Origin: Octopus bimaculoides
Taxonomy: Eukaryota
Assembly: GCF_001194135.2 (NCBI RefSeq)
Contig: NC_068984.1
Span: forward strand, 10,100,081-10,164,080
DNA length: 64,000 nt
Direction of reading: 5' to 3'
Part shown: positions 49,140-62,978 of the stretch, one piece after another
Layout of the letters: every line of letters starts with the position of its first letter
Position numbering within the stretch: position 1 is the stretch's first letter
Made by a program: the position numbers and the translations under genes
Notes under the pieces: generated by a model
What the model was told of the DNA's origin: nothing
The model's database searches: none
Seen by the model: the letters and a program-made list of their open reading frames with translations, nothing else

Positions 49140-50122
49140 CAGTGGGGTAAACTAGAGGTAGTTGATAGCTTCTGTTACCTAGGTGACCAAGCTAGTATTG
49201 GAGGTGGTTGCTCTGAGAGAGTAACTGTAAGAATAAGATTAGGCTGGGAAAAGTTCAGAGCATTCTTACCTTTGTTTGGTAACAAAGGGCCTCTCTCTTA
49301 GAGTGAAAGGCAGATTGTATGAGGCTTGTGTGTGAACAGCTATGCATCATGGCAGTGAAACATGGGCTGTGACCACCGAGGACATACGTAGACTTGAAAG
49401 AAGCAAGGTGAGTATGCTTTGCTGGATTTGCAGTGTCAGGGTGTGTCATGAGAGAAAAGCTGGGCATAAGAGGCATCAGATGTGGTGTGCAAGAGAGACG
49501 ACTGCGCTGGTATGGTCATGTGATGCATATGGATGAGGACAGCTGTGTAAAGAAGTGTCAATCTGTAACTGTGGAGGGAGCCTGTGGTAGAGGTAGACCC
49601 AAGAAGACATGAGACAAGGTGGTGAAGCATGATCTCTGAATGTTGGGCCTCCTGGAGCTGATGACAAGTGACCGAGAGCTCTGGCAATATGCTGTGCAGG
49701 AGAAGACTTATCAGGCCGGGTGAAATTGTATTTGTGGCCATGCTGGTGTCATGTAAATGGCATTCATGCATTGTAGTTGTGGATTTTGATGGTACCATAT
49801 AAATGGCACCTGTGAATTATTGTGGTCAATGCCAGTGTCATGCAAATAACACCAGTGCATTGTAACCGTGGTCCTCAATGGTGCCATGTACATTGGTACC
49901 TGGGAATTGTGGTCATTGCCAGTGCCATGTAAATGGCACCCATGCCAGTCGCACATTAAAGCACCCACTACACTCTCGAAGTGGTTGGCATTAGGAAGGG
50001 CATCCAGCTGTAGAAACCATGCCAAATCAGACTGGAACCGGGTGCAGCTCCCCAGCTCATCAGCTAGTCAAACCATTTTACCCATGTCAGCATGGAGAGC
50101 GGACATTAAATGATGATGATGA
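49140..50122 (+). mobile_element. RTE LINE 3' about 1 kb (RT C-terminal region + 3'UTR)
   Basis: EVVDSFCYLGDQ..RIRLGWEKFR..LSLRVKGRLYEACV..HGSETWAVTTEDIRRLER..RRLRWYGHV..GRGRPKKT; frameshifted; (GAT)n tail. Confidence 0.9.
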
Positions 50123-52352
50123 TGTTTTTTATCATACCCAATTCTTCAATTATTATTGGCATTGTTTTAACCTTCATGCCCAACACAGGCATATGACAAG
50201 GACAAACCTTTGAATTACAAATACAATCTATCTGATGGGCTTCACCACAGTTTCCATCAATTCGCTTTCACTCGCAAGGCTTGAGTTAACTCAAAATTGT
50301 AATAGAAAACACTTATCCAAGACACCACCACTTGATAGGATTGAATCTGAGACCTTAGGATTGTGGGACAAAATTTCTAACTATCGTCTCACACATTCTC
50401 CCTAGAGGTTACTGTAGTAGCAATACGAAAAGCAGAGTGGCAGGACAGCACATTTAGGGACAGTTTAAAAGTACCTTTTAATCGTCAGGCAATATGCTGT
50501 GCTTGAGAAGACCTTTTGAGTCAAGTGAAATTGTAGTCGTGGCCAATACCAATGCCTGACTGGTCCCTGTGCCGGTGGCATATAAAAACCACCTACTTTA
50601 GGCATTAGGAAGGGCATCTACCTGTAGAAACCTTGCAAGGTTGGATTGCAACGTGGTGCAGCCTCCTGGCTTGCCAGTTCTCAGTCAAACCGTCCAACCC
50701 ATACCAGCATGGAAAGCAGACGTTAAACAATGATGATGATGATAATGATGATGTTTGTTTTTGATGGTGATTCTGTACTGATTGGTGTTCTTTCTTTGAG
50801 TGCAGATTAAGATGTTGGTAAGTGTTGCAGCTGTTCTGGCCCCAGATGTGAGAAATTGCATGCAGTGAAGAAAGACTAACGCTTTGGATGTTGCTCTTTT
50901 GTCCTCTCTGACAACAAAAATTCTGTTAAGAAGTTCGCTTTACAACTGTGTGATTTTGGGGGTTGGTCCTCCTGTTCAGCAACTTGAGCAAGTGTTTTCA
51001 GCTATACCTTTAGGCCGACCAATGCCATGCGAGTGGATTTGATAGACGGAAACTGTGTAGAAGCCTGCCATATATAACATGTATGTGTATCTTTCCCATA
51101 CCACAGCTTGACAACTGGTGTTGGTTTATTTACGTCCCCGTAACTTAGCTGTTCGGTTAAAGACTACAATATAAATACAAGGCTTAAAAAATACAGGAGT
51201 CGATTTGCTTGGTTGAATTATTCAAGTCGGTGCCCCAGCATAGCCGCAATCCAATGACTGGAACAAGCAAAAAAACAGATAGATAAATGAATATTACTGC
51301 TAGGTTAATTCTCTCCATTGTGTTGCTTCCATGTCCCAGCTTATTTCATCTTTTCTCCCACCACGTGTGTATCTTCTCATCTTTTAGTATTTTCATTGTT
51401 TACATTTTATCGGCCTTTTTGTTGAATTCAAACTGTAGCCTTTCCGTCCTCTCTTTCTCATCAGCATTTCTCTCTCTCTCTCTCTGCTTAATACATCTCT
51501 TCCAACTCAGTTAATTTCTCCATGATTTTCACTTTCTTTCCCGTTCTCTCTCTCTCTCTCTTTCATTCATTTGTCTCTACGTTTTCTCCTTTCTTAAATT
51601 GTTTTTTTCTTAACCTTCCAACCCTTCCTTTCTCTCTTTCTCTCTCTCTCTCACTCACTCATTCGTTCTTCTCTTTCTCTACCCTTCTTTCTTCTAATGA
51701 CTTTCCCTCTCATTCACTCACACATTTATTCCTTCTCTCTATCTCCCCTTCAAATCCTTTCCCGCTCCTTCACTGGTTCACTAAATCCCTGTCAATCTCG
51801 ACTCTCCCCCTCTCATCTAATCCCTTACCCTTTCACTTTCTCTCTTTCTAAACAGTATCATTTTTATATCCCACTCCACCTAATCCCCTACAATTAATCC
51901 CTTCTTTACCCCTCCTCCTTAACTCCAATTCTCCCTTATTTTCACCGCTCTCATCCCATTCCTCTTTTCCTCGCCACCACTCATATATATCTCTTTCTCC
52001 TTTTTTTTATCACTTATCTACCTCTCTCCCTATCACTCTTACATATTTCTCTCCCTCTTTCTTTCACACTGACTTCTCTGCCTTTCATCGCTATCACTTA
52101 TCTCTCTCTGTGTCTTACTATTACTTTATCACTCACCCCCTTCTCTCGCTACCTCTGTACCACTAATCTCCTCTCTCACTCTATCTCTTTATCCCTCTCT
52201 CACTCTATCTCCCTCTCTCACTCTATCTCTTTATCCCTCTCTCACTCTATCTCTTTATCCCCCTCTTTCACTCTATCTCTTTATCCCCCTCTCTCACTCT
52301 ATCTCTTTATCTCTCTCTCTCTCTCTCTGTTGTGACATGTGAGATCTTTAAA

Positions 52353-52409
52353 ATGGCGGCCGCGAGGAAAGTGCTTCAACATGTGTGTTGTCCGTTGCTG
52401 CGGAATCAG
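52353..52409 (+). CDS. First coding exon of an unidentified gene (MAAARKVLQHVCCPLLRNQ), possibly a mitochondrial targeting peptide
   Basis: AAAATGGCGGCC start context (YY1/TISU-like), 19 open codons, CAG|GTAAGG donor (phase 0), local CpG enrichment; no later exon identified. Confidence 0.7.
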
Positions 52410-55400
52410 GTAAGGAATATCCAAAGACGTTAATGTTTCATGTTTTGCTTTTAATTACATCATTCCATCAAGCCATATTAATGTTATTATGTAAGCTAGC
52501 AGCAGAAATGCGCTGAAAACCCGTTTTTCTCTGCTTTCTCGTCTGCTGCTGTTACGTTCATTCAATTTCCACGTCCGAATGTGTCCCACCTGTAATCGAA
52601 GTCGACTCGCTTTGAAGTCTGCAAACTTCCTAATAATCACCGATTCCTATGTATCCGATCCTTTGTGTCAATGTACGAAATAATCTAAATTAAAAAAAAA
52701 AAAAATTAGACAACTTATGAGTCCTTTATATATACATACATTATATACACATCAGGGCAACTCAACACACCCTCGTATATAGATATACACACACACATAT
52801 ATATATATATATAAAGGTTATGTTCCGGCCAGCAAGTCTGGTGAGTTGCCGAAGGTGTGAAAGCAATGGTAACTTTCTGACCAGCCTTAACTAACACTAC
52901 ATTAAATATTATTACTGCTCGAAAAAACATTTTTTTAGCGTGCCTTTTAATTTTTTTTCGGACTTCTGAACAACTGATCGATATATATATATATATATAG
53001 TGTATATATATATATATATATAGTGTGTATATATATATATATATAGTGTTTATATATATATATATATATGTATATATATAGTGTATATATATATAGTGTA
53101 TATATATATATATAGTGTATATATATATAGTGTATATATATATATATATAGTGTATATATATATATATGTATATATATATATGTGTGTGTGTGTGTGTGA
53201 AGTTATCTTGAGGCGGATTAGTTTTTATTTATCTACGCACAACTCCACTTTATCTTTGTTTTCGCGAAAAGTTTTTTCTTTCTTTCTGATAAAGATCATT
53301 TGGCCTTTATAATTTGAACATTGGTGAAGGTCATCCACAAATACCCGATACTTACATACGGGTAGAGGAAGAACTTCATTAGTACTTAAGACACGTGTTG
53401 TTTATTATTTTTACCCTCTGTGTCTATCGTCGTCTGGAATCGGGTGGAAATGAGACAGTGTGATGATAATTACATGGTGTAGATTGCTACTAGTCTCCGA
53501 GTCTTGTATATAAGTATTAAAGCTCATCTTAAGAAGCGAACTGGGAAGTTGTAACGTTCATGCCGTTACGAACATGATTATCAATAAATGAAGTTATATT
53601 AAACACCGTAGGTTGGTATTACTTAACTAATTTGTAAAATCCAGTTAATAGTAATTTTTACCTGTCGTTACAGGTAAACTAGGTAATTGAATAAGGGGGA
53701 TTCGTAACGTTTTTTTATGTCCCTAACCCCTAGGGAATGTTTAATTAATTTTCACATCCTCTGTTTTTTTATTTTCTTCTAATAACTAATTAAATTATTA
53801 TTTTAATTGAAACACATTCAATAGTATGAAATAGTAAAGTGCAGCAATCCTTCGGTATTGGTAGACAATGTCATTCACCCCACACAACCTTGCCTCACGA
53901 CGTAAAGAGGCTAGGCTGAAACAAAAGGTGACTGACATCGTCTCCCTGCACTGGTGCCTGAAAGAATAAAGTTATTTTCAAGAGTTAGTTAATAATTTTG
54001 TTCTCTAAAACGATTTTAGTAAAGTTACTTAGTAATTTTGTTCTGAGCGATTTTAATAAAGTTAGGCCTACACTTTCCCCCTTATCGTCGCGCCCTTTGA
54101 AATGCCGTCTCGAAACCTCCGGTTGTGTAGGTACCGCAGATTGAGAATCTTTGCTCTGGGTGGTTGCTTGATAAGGTAGAAATATCAGTCAAATCTTCAT
54201 AAAACACCCTACTGTCTTAAAAAAGGAGAGAGGCATACTGCATAATGCCACCCCTAGATACAATGTGACTTGTACAAATAAGTAAATGAACAATAATAAT
54301 AGTAAAAAGCAATGTTAAATCTCTGAACGAGGTATAAAAACATCGTGATAATTGCGACTGCTATGTCTTTTAATATAGTTAACTAGATCAGGGTGACCCT
54401 AAGTTCAATAAGTAACAGAATACAAAAAGAGGAATAATCAAAGTCTATTTATACATCTCCACTAATATAATCTCTCTTAATTACACTGGATTCCACTTTA
54501 ATATTAAATCCCCTCTTAATACCGTTCACTCTATTAAGACCCACCTACCAACACGTTTAATTATAGTAAATATTTACCAATTCTGTTGCTACGCGTAATT
54601 TATAATAAAGTCTAGCAGACGGTTTATAGTAATATCTCTTGTTAAATCTTTTTCTAAATAAATTTTCCAGCCCCTTCATTAAATCGTTATCCTTTTTTTT
54701 GTTTTCGTTTAGCTCTAATAAGAGTCGATAAGGTTATGATCTGAAGCGTTCCGTTCATGCCTATCCCATCTTTCGTAAATGTTGTTCGGTGCATCTTGCT
54801 TCCAACTTCCAAGACTGCAGGTTGTAATGTGAGCGAGTTTAGAATTGCCGTTCGTAGCAATTTGAACGACCACGTAGAGGATTTAGTTTGTAAACATCTT
54901 ATCTTACATGTAACCTTTGACCCATAGAATTTGAAAGCTGATTCTCAAGCAAGCTTCTACTTTATCTAAACGAAAATACGAAAGCAAGAATGTGTTGTGA
55001 TAGCGCAAAATTTGTCGACCCCCTTTTTTCTGTCTACCTTAGCAATAAAATCAAACACGATTCGTGGACATTACTATTCATGTTCCCTTAAGGATTTTGA
55101 GATTCAACTATTCATCTTCACGTGCTGTTTTTGAAGTCAGGGCGAAAATAACAACTCAAGGTTGTTTTCGTAATCTTACAAACATGTGATGATAGTGTGA
55201 TGTGGCTGGTGTGTAACCTAATATAACATATCGAAGAAGGAATACACACCCTAATAGTTGATTGTTAATAGTCATTAATTTACTTTAGTGTGTTGTAATG
55301 TCCTTGAGAAAGTCACGTCACTTTTTTCTCATTTCACAGTTTTTCTCTTTCGTGCTCGCTCGACCCTCTAGACATAGCAGCTAAATTCTTTCCAATCACC

Positions 55401-55917
55401 GTCTACTATCTTAAAAAAGGAGGCAAACGACAGTATTGTCCTAGACAGGATGGGAACAGTTTTAACGACTTCGATCACAAGTCTTCAGAACCAGGATTGA
55501 CCTAGGGTTAAACAACTTTTTTCCTTCCATAAGCGTGGGACTTCGTGTCTTTGTAAACAGCTACTTTTACTGCTGAGAAGAGGTAAATTTCGGAAAATCG
55601 GAGTTTGTGAAATTCGGTTTTGTCTTCCGGTTGGCATCAATCCAGCTATGTTGGTAATAATGTCTTTGAGAAAGGCATGAATATCATGAACTCTCATTTC
55701 GTGCTCTTCAAATTTAATAGTTGGGTCTCTTGTGATTTTTAATGAAACTTGCTTATGGAATAATTTGTTTTACTATACATTGCATTCATGGCTGTGTAGT
55801 TAAGAAGTTCACTTTGTAACCATGTGGTTTTGTGTTCAGTTCCATCGTGCAGCACCTTGGGCAAATGTCTTCTATAGCCCTGGGTTGAGCTATACCTTGT
55901 GAATAAATATGGCAGGT

Positions 55918-56291
55918 CGTGGAGGCGCAATGGCCCAGTGGTTAGGGCAGCGGACTCGCGGTTTCGATTCCCAGACCGGGCGTTGTGAGTGTTTATTGAG
56001 CGAAAACACCTTAAGCTCCACGAGGCTCCGGCAGGGGATGGTGGCGAACCCTGCTGTACTCTTTCACCACAACTTTCTCTCACTCTTTCTTCCTGTTTCT
56101 GTTGTGCCTGTAATTCAAAGGGTCAGCCTTGTCACACTGTGTTACGCTGAATATCCCCGAGGACTACATTAAGGGTACATGTGTCTGTGGAGTGCTCAGC
56201 CACTTGCACGTTAATTTCACGAGCAGGCTGTTCCATTGATCGGATCAACTGGAACCTTCAACGTCGTAAGCGATGGAGTGCCAACAACAAC
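55918..56291 (+). mobile_element. Young tRNA SINE (family B-related) inserted into a family A copy (55785-56515)
   Basis: GGCGCAATGGCCCAGTGGTTAG..GGTTTCGATTCCC head, (CAA)n tail, 13-bp TSD AAATATGGCAGGT at 55905-55917 and 56292-56304. Confidence 0.92.
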
Positions 56292-56929
56292 AAATATGGC
56301 AGGTAGAAACTGTGTAGAAGCCTGTCGTTTATATGTAAATGTATTTATGCTTGTTCCCCCACCCATTACATAACAATTAGGGGTCAAGAAAAAATATAAA
56401 ATAAGTATCTGACTTTTAAAAAAATAAGTACTGGGGTTGATTTGATCAATTTAATCCTTCAAGCCAGTGCCCCAGCGTGGCCACGGTCCAATGGCTGAAG
56501 CAAGTAAAAGATAAAATACTTGTTGTAACTACTGAAAGCTGTACTCTAGTTTTAAACGATGTTGTATTCTATTAAGTATGATCTCAGAGATTTAAGATTT
56601 AACCTGTTAAGATGTGTTGCATCTCATGGCGTTAGTAAGAAATTGGCTTCGCTGTCGCATGGGTATGGGTTCAGTCCCACTGTGCAGCACCGTGGATAAT
56701 TGTCTCCTACTATAGCATTGGCCCGACCAAAGCCTTGTGAGTTGATTTGGTAGATGGACACTGAAAGAAGTCTGTTGTATATAGATGTGTGTATATTGAG
56801 GCCTTTGGCGATATGCTGTGTTTGAGAAGACCCATCAAGCCAAGTGAAATCGTAGTTGTAGCTGATGCTGGTGACACATAACTGACATAGTGGGACTTCA
56901 CTCATGAAAAATTTGTTAAAAACAATGTT

Positions 56930-58140
56930 ATTGCAAAGATGTCTAGCGAGTAACTCTCCAAGTTTTATTGCCTACCTATATAGGCTCCATACGTCTCGCG
57001 TCTCTTAAAGCAGAGACTTTTTTTGTTAAGATAACACAGTTACTGCATGGACTGATAGAGCTCTTTCTGACTTAAACTCTATCAACTTGAATCTGTCCCA
57101 AAGTTCAGTTTTGCTCCATCCTTCTTCCTTCTATTGATCAATGATCTACTTGCTATCACCTCTGCCAATGCCCAATCCTATGGAGATGACACCCCCACTT
57201 CATTCCTCCCTAACCATCTGTTCCCATGTGTCAGCCACTTAGACACCTTATATCAAACCTCGGCAGACACTTCATATCAAACCTCGGCAAACTGAGACCT
57301 CAAAAACATTCCCCAGTGGGTCATATCAACTTTGTCTCCTTCAACTGGATAAAGACACAATTACTGCACAAATTAAGGAAGTACTCTTGTATTTCATCTC
57401 CCCTAATTCATAGTTGACACGTAACTAGGACTCTCAAATTGTTACAAATGTTGGGCCTCACAATGACAGATGATATTTCCAAGTATTCACTGATCCACGT
57501 TGCTAAAACTACTTCTCTAACATTGGTGTTTCTTCTTCTTTTTCGTTTAATGTCCGCTTTCCATGCTAGCATGGGTTGGACGATTTGACTGAGTACTGGT
57601 GAAACCAGATGGCTACACCAGGCTCCAATCTGATTTGGCAGAGTTTCTACAGCTGGATGCCCTTCCTAACGCCAACCACTCAGAGAGTGTAGTGGGTGCT
57701 TTTACGTGTCACCCGCACGAAGGCCAGTCAGGCGGTACTGCAGTTGTTAAATCTCTACACAACTCAAATGAGGCCCTCAATGAGTATTGTTCCCACAAAT
57801 GAAATGATGGTGTTACTACCACACATATGAACATTCTGGACTGTATCTAAGAAAGGGCCATTCAACTGATTAATGGAGTCATTCACTAGCACAGTCACCA
57901 CTATATTCCAGCTTCTGGCCCCCAAACATACTCTTTACTGCTTTTCTACAGACATTTCAGGGACCTTTGCTTTTGGAGCTGGCTAATCTCATACTCTCTC
58001 CATCCATGCTCACCTGTCTCTCATCACTTCTTATCACTCGTATTATCCCTTCTCTTGATCTTTCCCATCCAGATTATCCTATCTCTGGGTTCTCTCTTTC
58101 ATCATATTTTTTGCAACAGGTTCAACCCACCGTTAATGAA
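56930..58140 (+). mobile_element. Decayed CR1/Zenon (Crack-like) LINE RT region, interrupted by an RTE 3'UTR at 57543-57740 (-)
   Basis: VP..FAPSFFLLLINDLLAITSANAQSYGDDT (GVPQGSVL..YADD motif), ..HINFVSFNWIKTQ, then EYCSH..ILDCI*ERAIQLI and LFYRHF after the insertion. Confidence 0.7.
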
Positions 58141-58532
58141 AAGAACTGTTAATCTCATTATTAGTCTTGGAGGGCTTGTGAAGGCACAGATCTTTCTTAC
58201 AAATTAAACCATTAAAAAAAAATATACTAGATTCATTTGTGACTGTCAAGATAGATTCACCTTCAAATATTTGTCTGATTTAATCAATGATAAGACAACA
58301 CTGTGTGGTGGAGGCTATTTCAGATATTATCTGAAGTGAGGAGTTGTCTGTGCTTGTCAAGTGAAGGTTGATACAAAGTACAATTATGTTGACAAAACAA
58401 GATAACAGTGAAACTAATGAAGGAATCAATTTTAGTGTTAAAAAAAAATCACCTTGAATCTGATACCAACCAACCTCAAACTATTCTGGGTTTTCTGATA
58501 AGGACTTTTAAATTAAACCTTGCATCGAAATC

Positions 58533-58975
58533 TTATACTCTTTTACTTGTTTCAGTCATTTGACTGTGGCCATGCTGGAGCACCGCCTTTAGTCGAGCAA
58601 ACTAACCCCAGAACTTATTCTTTGTAAGCCTGGTACTTACTCTATCTGTCTCTTTTCCCGAACCGCTAAATTACAGGGACGTAAACACACCAACATCGGT
58701 TGTCAAGCGATGTTGGGGGAACAAACACAGACACACAAACATACATATATATATATATATACATATATATGATGGGTTTCCTTCAGTTTCCGTCTACCAA
58801 ATTCACTCACAAGGCTTTGGTTGGCCCGAGGCTATAGTAGAAGACACTTGCCCAAGGTGGCACGCAATGGGACTGNNNNNNNNNNCACTTGCCCAAGGTG
58901 GCACGCAATGGGACTGAACCCAGAACCATGTGGTTGGTAAGCAAGCTACTTACCACACAGCCACTCCTGCGCCGA
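58533..58975 (-). mobile_element. SINE family A, full length
   Basis: Reverse complement of the family A consensus; 30 bp duplicated across the 10-N gap. Confidence 0.92.
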
Positions 58976-59279
58976 TATTAATTTATGTTTCACATACCAG
59001 CTTGATATCTTCTTCATCACCATTTTAAGGTCCATTTTCTCTGCTGGCATGGGTCAGATGAATCAACAGAAGCTGGCAAGTTAGAGGACTGTGCTATGTT
59101 CGGGTGTCTGTTTTGGCTTGGTTTCTATGGCTGAACCCCCCGAAATGTGGCATATATGCCCATTAACCATGTTTCATCTTTGATCTCATTGTTTATGTCT
59201 AGCATTTCGTATACGAAACGTGGTAGCAAAATTCAGTGCTGGCTTTAATTTCTATCAAATATCTGTAGAAATAGTAGGC

Positions 59280-59675
59280 ACAGGAGTGGCTATGTGGTAA
59301 GTAGCTTGCTTACCAACCACATGGTTCTGGGTTCAGTCCCACTGCGTGGCACCTTGGGCAAGTGTCTTCTACTATAGCCTCGGGTCGACCAAAGCCTTGT
59401 GAGTGGATTTGGTAGACGGAAACTGAAAGAAGCCCCTTCGTATATATGTATATATATGTGTGTGTGTGTTTGTGTATCTGTGTTTGCCCCCCACCAACAT
59501 TGCTTGACAACCGATGCTTGTGTGTTTACGTCCCCGTAACTTAGCGGTTCGGCAGAAAAGACCGATAGAATAAGTACTAGGCTTCTAAAGAATAAGTCCT
59601 GGGGTCGATTAGCTCGACAAAAGGCAGTGCTCCGGCATGGCCGCAGTCAAATGACTGAAACAAGTAAAAGAGTAA
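59280..59675 (+). mobile_element. SINE family A, full length
   Basis: Colinear with 1023-1412; inverted relative to 58533-58975 and 60145-60425. Confidence 0.92.
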
Positions 59676-60144
59676 ATAACCTTAACGAATATTATATACT
59701 TCTATATTTAAGAGATGAGGAATTATGTACATTATTTACAAATGTAAATAATGTATTATATAATTGCTTTTAACATTTACTCTTAAATTGGCTGTTTAAA
59801 ATTTTTTTTTTTGGAAAACCAGTCTTGTCTTGGATCATCAAAATTTGTAATTTAAGTTTTACTCTGTAAAGTGGTTGGCAACAGGAAAGGCATCCAGCTG
59901 TAAGAACCTTGTCAAAACAGACTATGTAGCCTGGTACAGGTCTTCGGCTTGACAGCTCCTGTCAAGCTGTTCAACTCATGATGGTCATGGTTGGAGTGCC
60001 GTAGTTCACAGACCAGTTTGAGTTAGGCTGACTTAGGATTAGACAAGTGAAGCATAACATCAGCATTAGCATCTAAGGGAGAGAAGTCTTAAGATATTAT
60101 TAGCGAGTCAAATAAATAGTCTTTTTTAAAACATGCTCTTTCTA

Positions 60145-60425
60145 TTCTTGTTTGTTTCAGTCATTTGACTGTGGCCATGCTGGAGCACCGCCTTTAGTCA
60201 AGCAAGTCGACCCCAGGACTTATTCTTTGGAAGCCTAGTACTTATTCTATTGGTATCTTTTGCCGAACCGCTTAGTTATGGGGATGTAAACGCACCAACA
60301 GCGGTTGTCAAGCGATGATGGGGGAATAAAACACACACAGACAGACATACATTCACTCTTCAGTTTCCATCTACCACATCCACTCACAAGGCTTTGGTCA
60401 GCCCATGGCTATAGCAGAAGACAGT
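60145..60425 (-). mobile_element. SINE family A, partial
   Basis: TTTCAGTCATTTGACTGTGGCCATGCTGGAGCACCGCC..GGCTATAGCAGAAGAC. Confidence 0.85.
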
Positions 60426-61862
60426 TGCTTGCACTAGACTTCTATGTCTGTTTTGGCATGGTTTTTATGGCTGGATGCCCTTCCTTATATTAACCACCCT
60501 GCAGAGTGGACTGAGTGCTTTTTACATGGCACCAGCACAGGCAAGGTCAGCTTTGGCAAGGTTTTTTCCAGCTGGCTGCCCTTCCAAATGCCAACCCCTT
60601 TACAGTGTGGACTGGATGCTTTTTAAGTGACACCAGCACTGGTAGGGTCACCAAGTAACCTGCAAGACAAAGATCCTTTGAGAGGGACATAATGTGATGT
60701 TTGTAAAACAAGCATCACTGCCGTGTTGTTTGTTTCCAGTCTTTTACAAAAATCATGTCTAGTGAGGTTTGCTGACAGAAAGGGCATCCAGCTGTAGAAA
60801 ATCTATGCAACCATGGAATATTGGACATTAATATGACAATGAGGAATCATTATATGTATGGTTACAATATGCTGTATAATCAAACTCATCAACAACAACA
60901 ACATCCATTTTCCATGCTGGCATGGGTTGGACAGTTTGACCAGAGCCAGCAAGCAGAAAAGTTGTACCAGCTTCCAGTCTGATTTGGCGTGGTTTCTATG
61001 GCTGGATGTCCTTCCCAATGGCAACCACTTCACAGTGTGAATAGAGTGTTTTTAACATGGCACCAACTTCAGATGATGATGATGATGATGCTTCAGTCAT
61101 GAATAGGAGACCATCAAGAGAGATTATCAGTGACTGTACGGTCTGCAACTAGTAGCAACTTTCAGGGTTTTAATTGCCCATTGTCCTTGATAAGAGAAGG
61201 TGAGGAAGAAAAGTATTTCTTTGGCATGTTGCAGTGATTGTGTCTATGAACTGTTGAAAGAGTTGACAGAGGTTGTCATGTCCTCGTTAGAAAATATTTA
61301 GTAGGTTTCTAGTCACGGGTGGAGTAGTGCAGGTTTGATGAGCAGTGTCTGTATTGGATAAGGATGGCACCTGTCTGCAGATGACTAACGAAGGGTGATA
61401 GGTGGAATCATTAACAGAGGAGAGAGGGTTATTAGAGGTAACAGCACTTAGGTTTCAAACATACAGATAGAATAGAGTGAGTAACATAACTGAGTATTGA
61501 GGCAGACATGAGGTAATGGGTTTGGATCTGAGAGAACCCCATCTATACATTGCTACAATGACAGGAGGCTTCTGCCCAACGTGGCACAAATCAGATGGAA
61601 GCCATAGAAGAATAGTTTAGCCAAAAGGCTGTTATACTATCATCTTCCTCATCATCATTTAACATCTGTTTTCCATGCTGGCATGGGTTGGATGGTTTGA
61701 CTGATAACTGGTATTATGGGGAGTTGCACCAGGTTCTGATCTGATTTAGCAAGGTTACTATGGCTGGATGCCCTTCCTAATACCAACCACTCAGAGTGAA
61801 GTGGGTGTTTTTTAATTTTAGAATATGGCCCACCCCACTGTTGATGAAATGAAAAGTAAGTA

Positions 61863-62207
61863 AAACAAGAAAACTCAGAGAGCGCAAACCTCCGCCAAGG
61901 CAACACCAACGTCCTCTCAATGATTAGCAAGAGATGATTTTAAAAATGAGAATATCTGAAATAGACTCAACTGCTCTTACAAATGGGAATACTAAAGATT
62001 AACCTGACTGCTCTCAAAAAGTTTTAAAAAAACAAAAAAACTGGGAAAATAATCCAGAACCCTTGTCTGATACCGGCTTGATTCCAAAATCTAATCAATT
62101 CGTACCAGTCACGAGACCAAACATCAATGAAAGTTTCATCTGAATCCATCCAGTGGTTTTTGAGATATCTGAAAACAATACCACCGCCTTCGCTAAGGTG
62201 GAGATAA
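61863..62207. mobile_element. Non-autonomous DNA element with 3' hairpin (Helentron/HINE-like; class uncertain)
   Basis: AACAAG.. start, AACCTCCGCCAAGG subterminal motif, GAAAGTTTCATCTGAATCCATCCAGTGGTTTTTGAGATATC, terminal hairpin CCGCCTT-CGCT-AAGGTGG. Confidence 0.55.
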
Positions 62208-62504
62208 TTAAAGGAGAACAAAAAAAAACTGGCAAAGTGATGTTTTTGTTTATGTAAAGTAAAATGAATTTGAAACCATTATTATTTTGTAAAGTACAAT
62301 AGACCAAAGCCCGACCCAAGCTTGTATGCAGTTTGTCTGTAAAACGAGGGACAACAACACACAGCCACAGAAATATTATAAAGGTGGGTGGGGGGGGGAC
62401 AAGGTTAAAGATACAAACTGTGAATCAAAGTTCATTAAGAGGAGAATTGATTGCTCTGTGAGTTTATATAATGTGTGTGTGTGTGTATGTATGTATATAT
62501 ATGT

Positions 62505-62676
62505 GCAGGAGTGGGTGTGTGATAAGTAGCTTGCTTACCAACCACATGGTTCCAGGTTCAGTCCCACTGCATGGCACCTTGGGCAATTATCTTCTACTAT
62601 AATCTCAGGCTGACCCAAGCCTTGTGAGTGGATTTGGTAGATGGAAACTGAAAGAAGCCCGTCATATATATGTGTG

Positions 62677-62711
<35 letters not shown>

Positions 62712-62910
62712 CTGTGTTTGTCCCAGCAACATTGCTTGACAACCGATGCTGGTGTGTTTACGTCCCCATAACTTAGCAGTTTGGCAAAAGAAACCAATAG
62801 AATAAGTACTAGGCTTACAAAGAGTAAGTCGTGGGGTCGATTTGCTAGACTAAAGGCGGTGCTCCAGCATAGCCGCAGTCAAATGACTGAAACAAATAAA
62901 AGAATAAAAT
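62505..62910 (+). mobile_element. SINE family A, full length, followed by (CA)n
   Basis: Colinear with the family A consensus. Confidence 0.92.
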
Positions 62911-62916
62911 ATGTAT

Positions 62917-62978
<62 letters not shown>

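Noticed and set aside
50806-50817. 12-nt micro-exon TGCAG|ATTAAGATGTTG|GTAAGT
   Set aside because: Good splice words but no supporting neighbours; expected by chance in 64 kb
61140-61620. Possible CR1-type endonuclease relic on the minus strand
   Set aside because: Too decayed to show diagnostic motifs by eye
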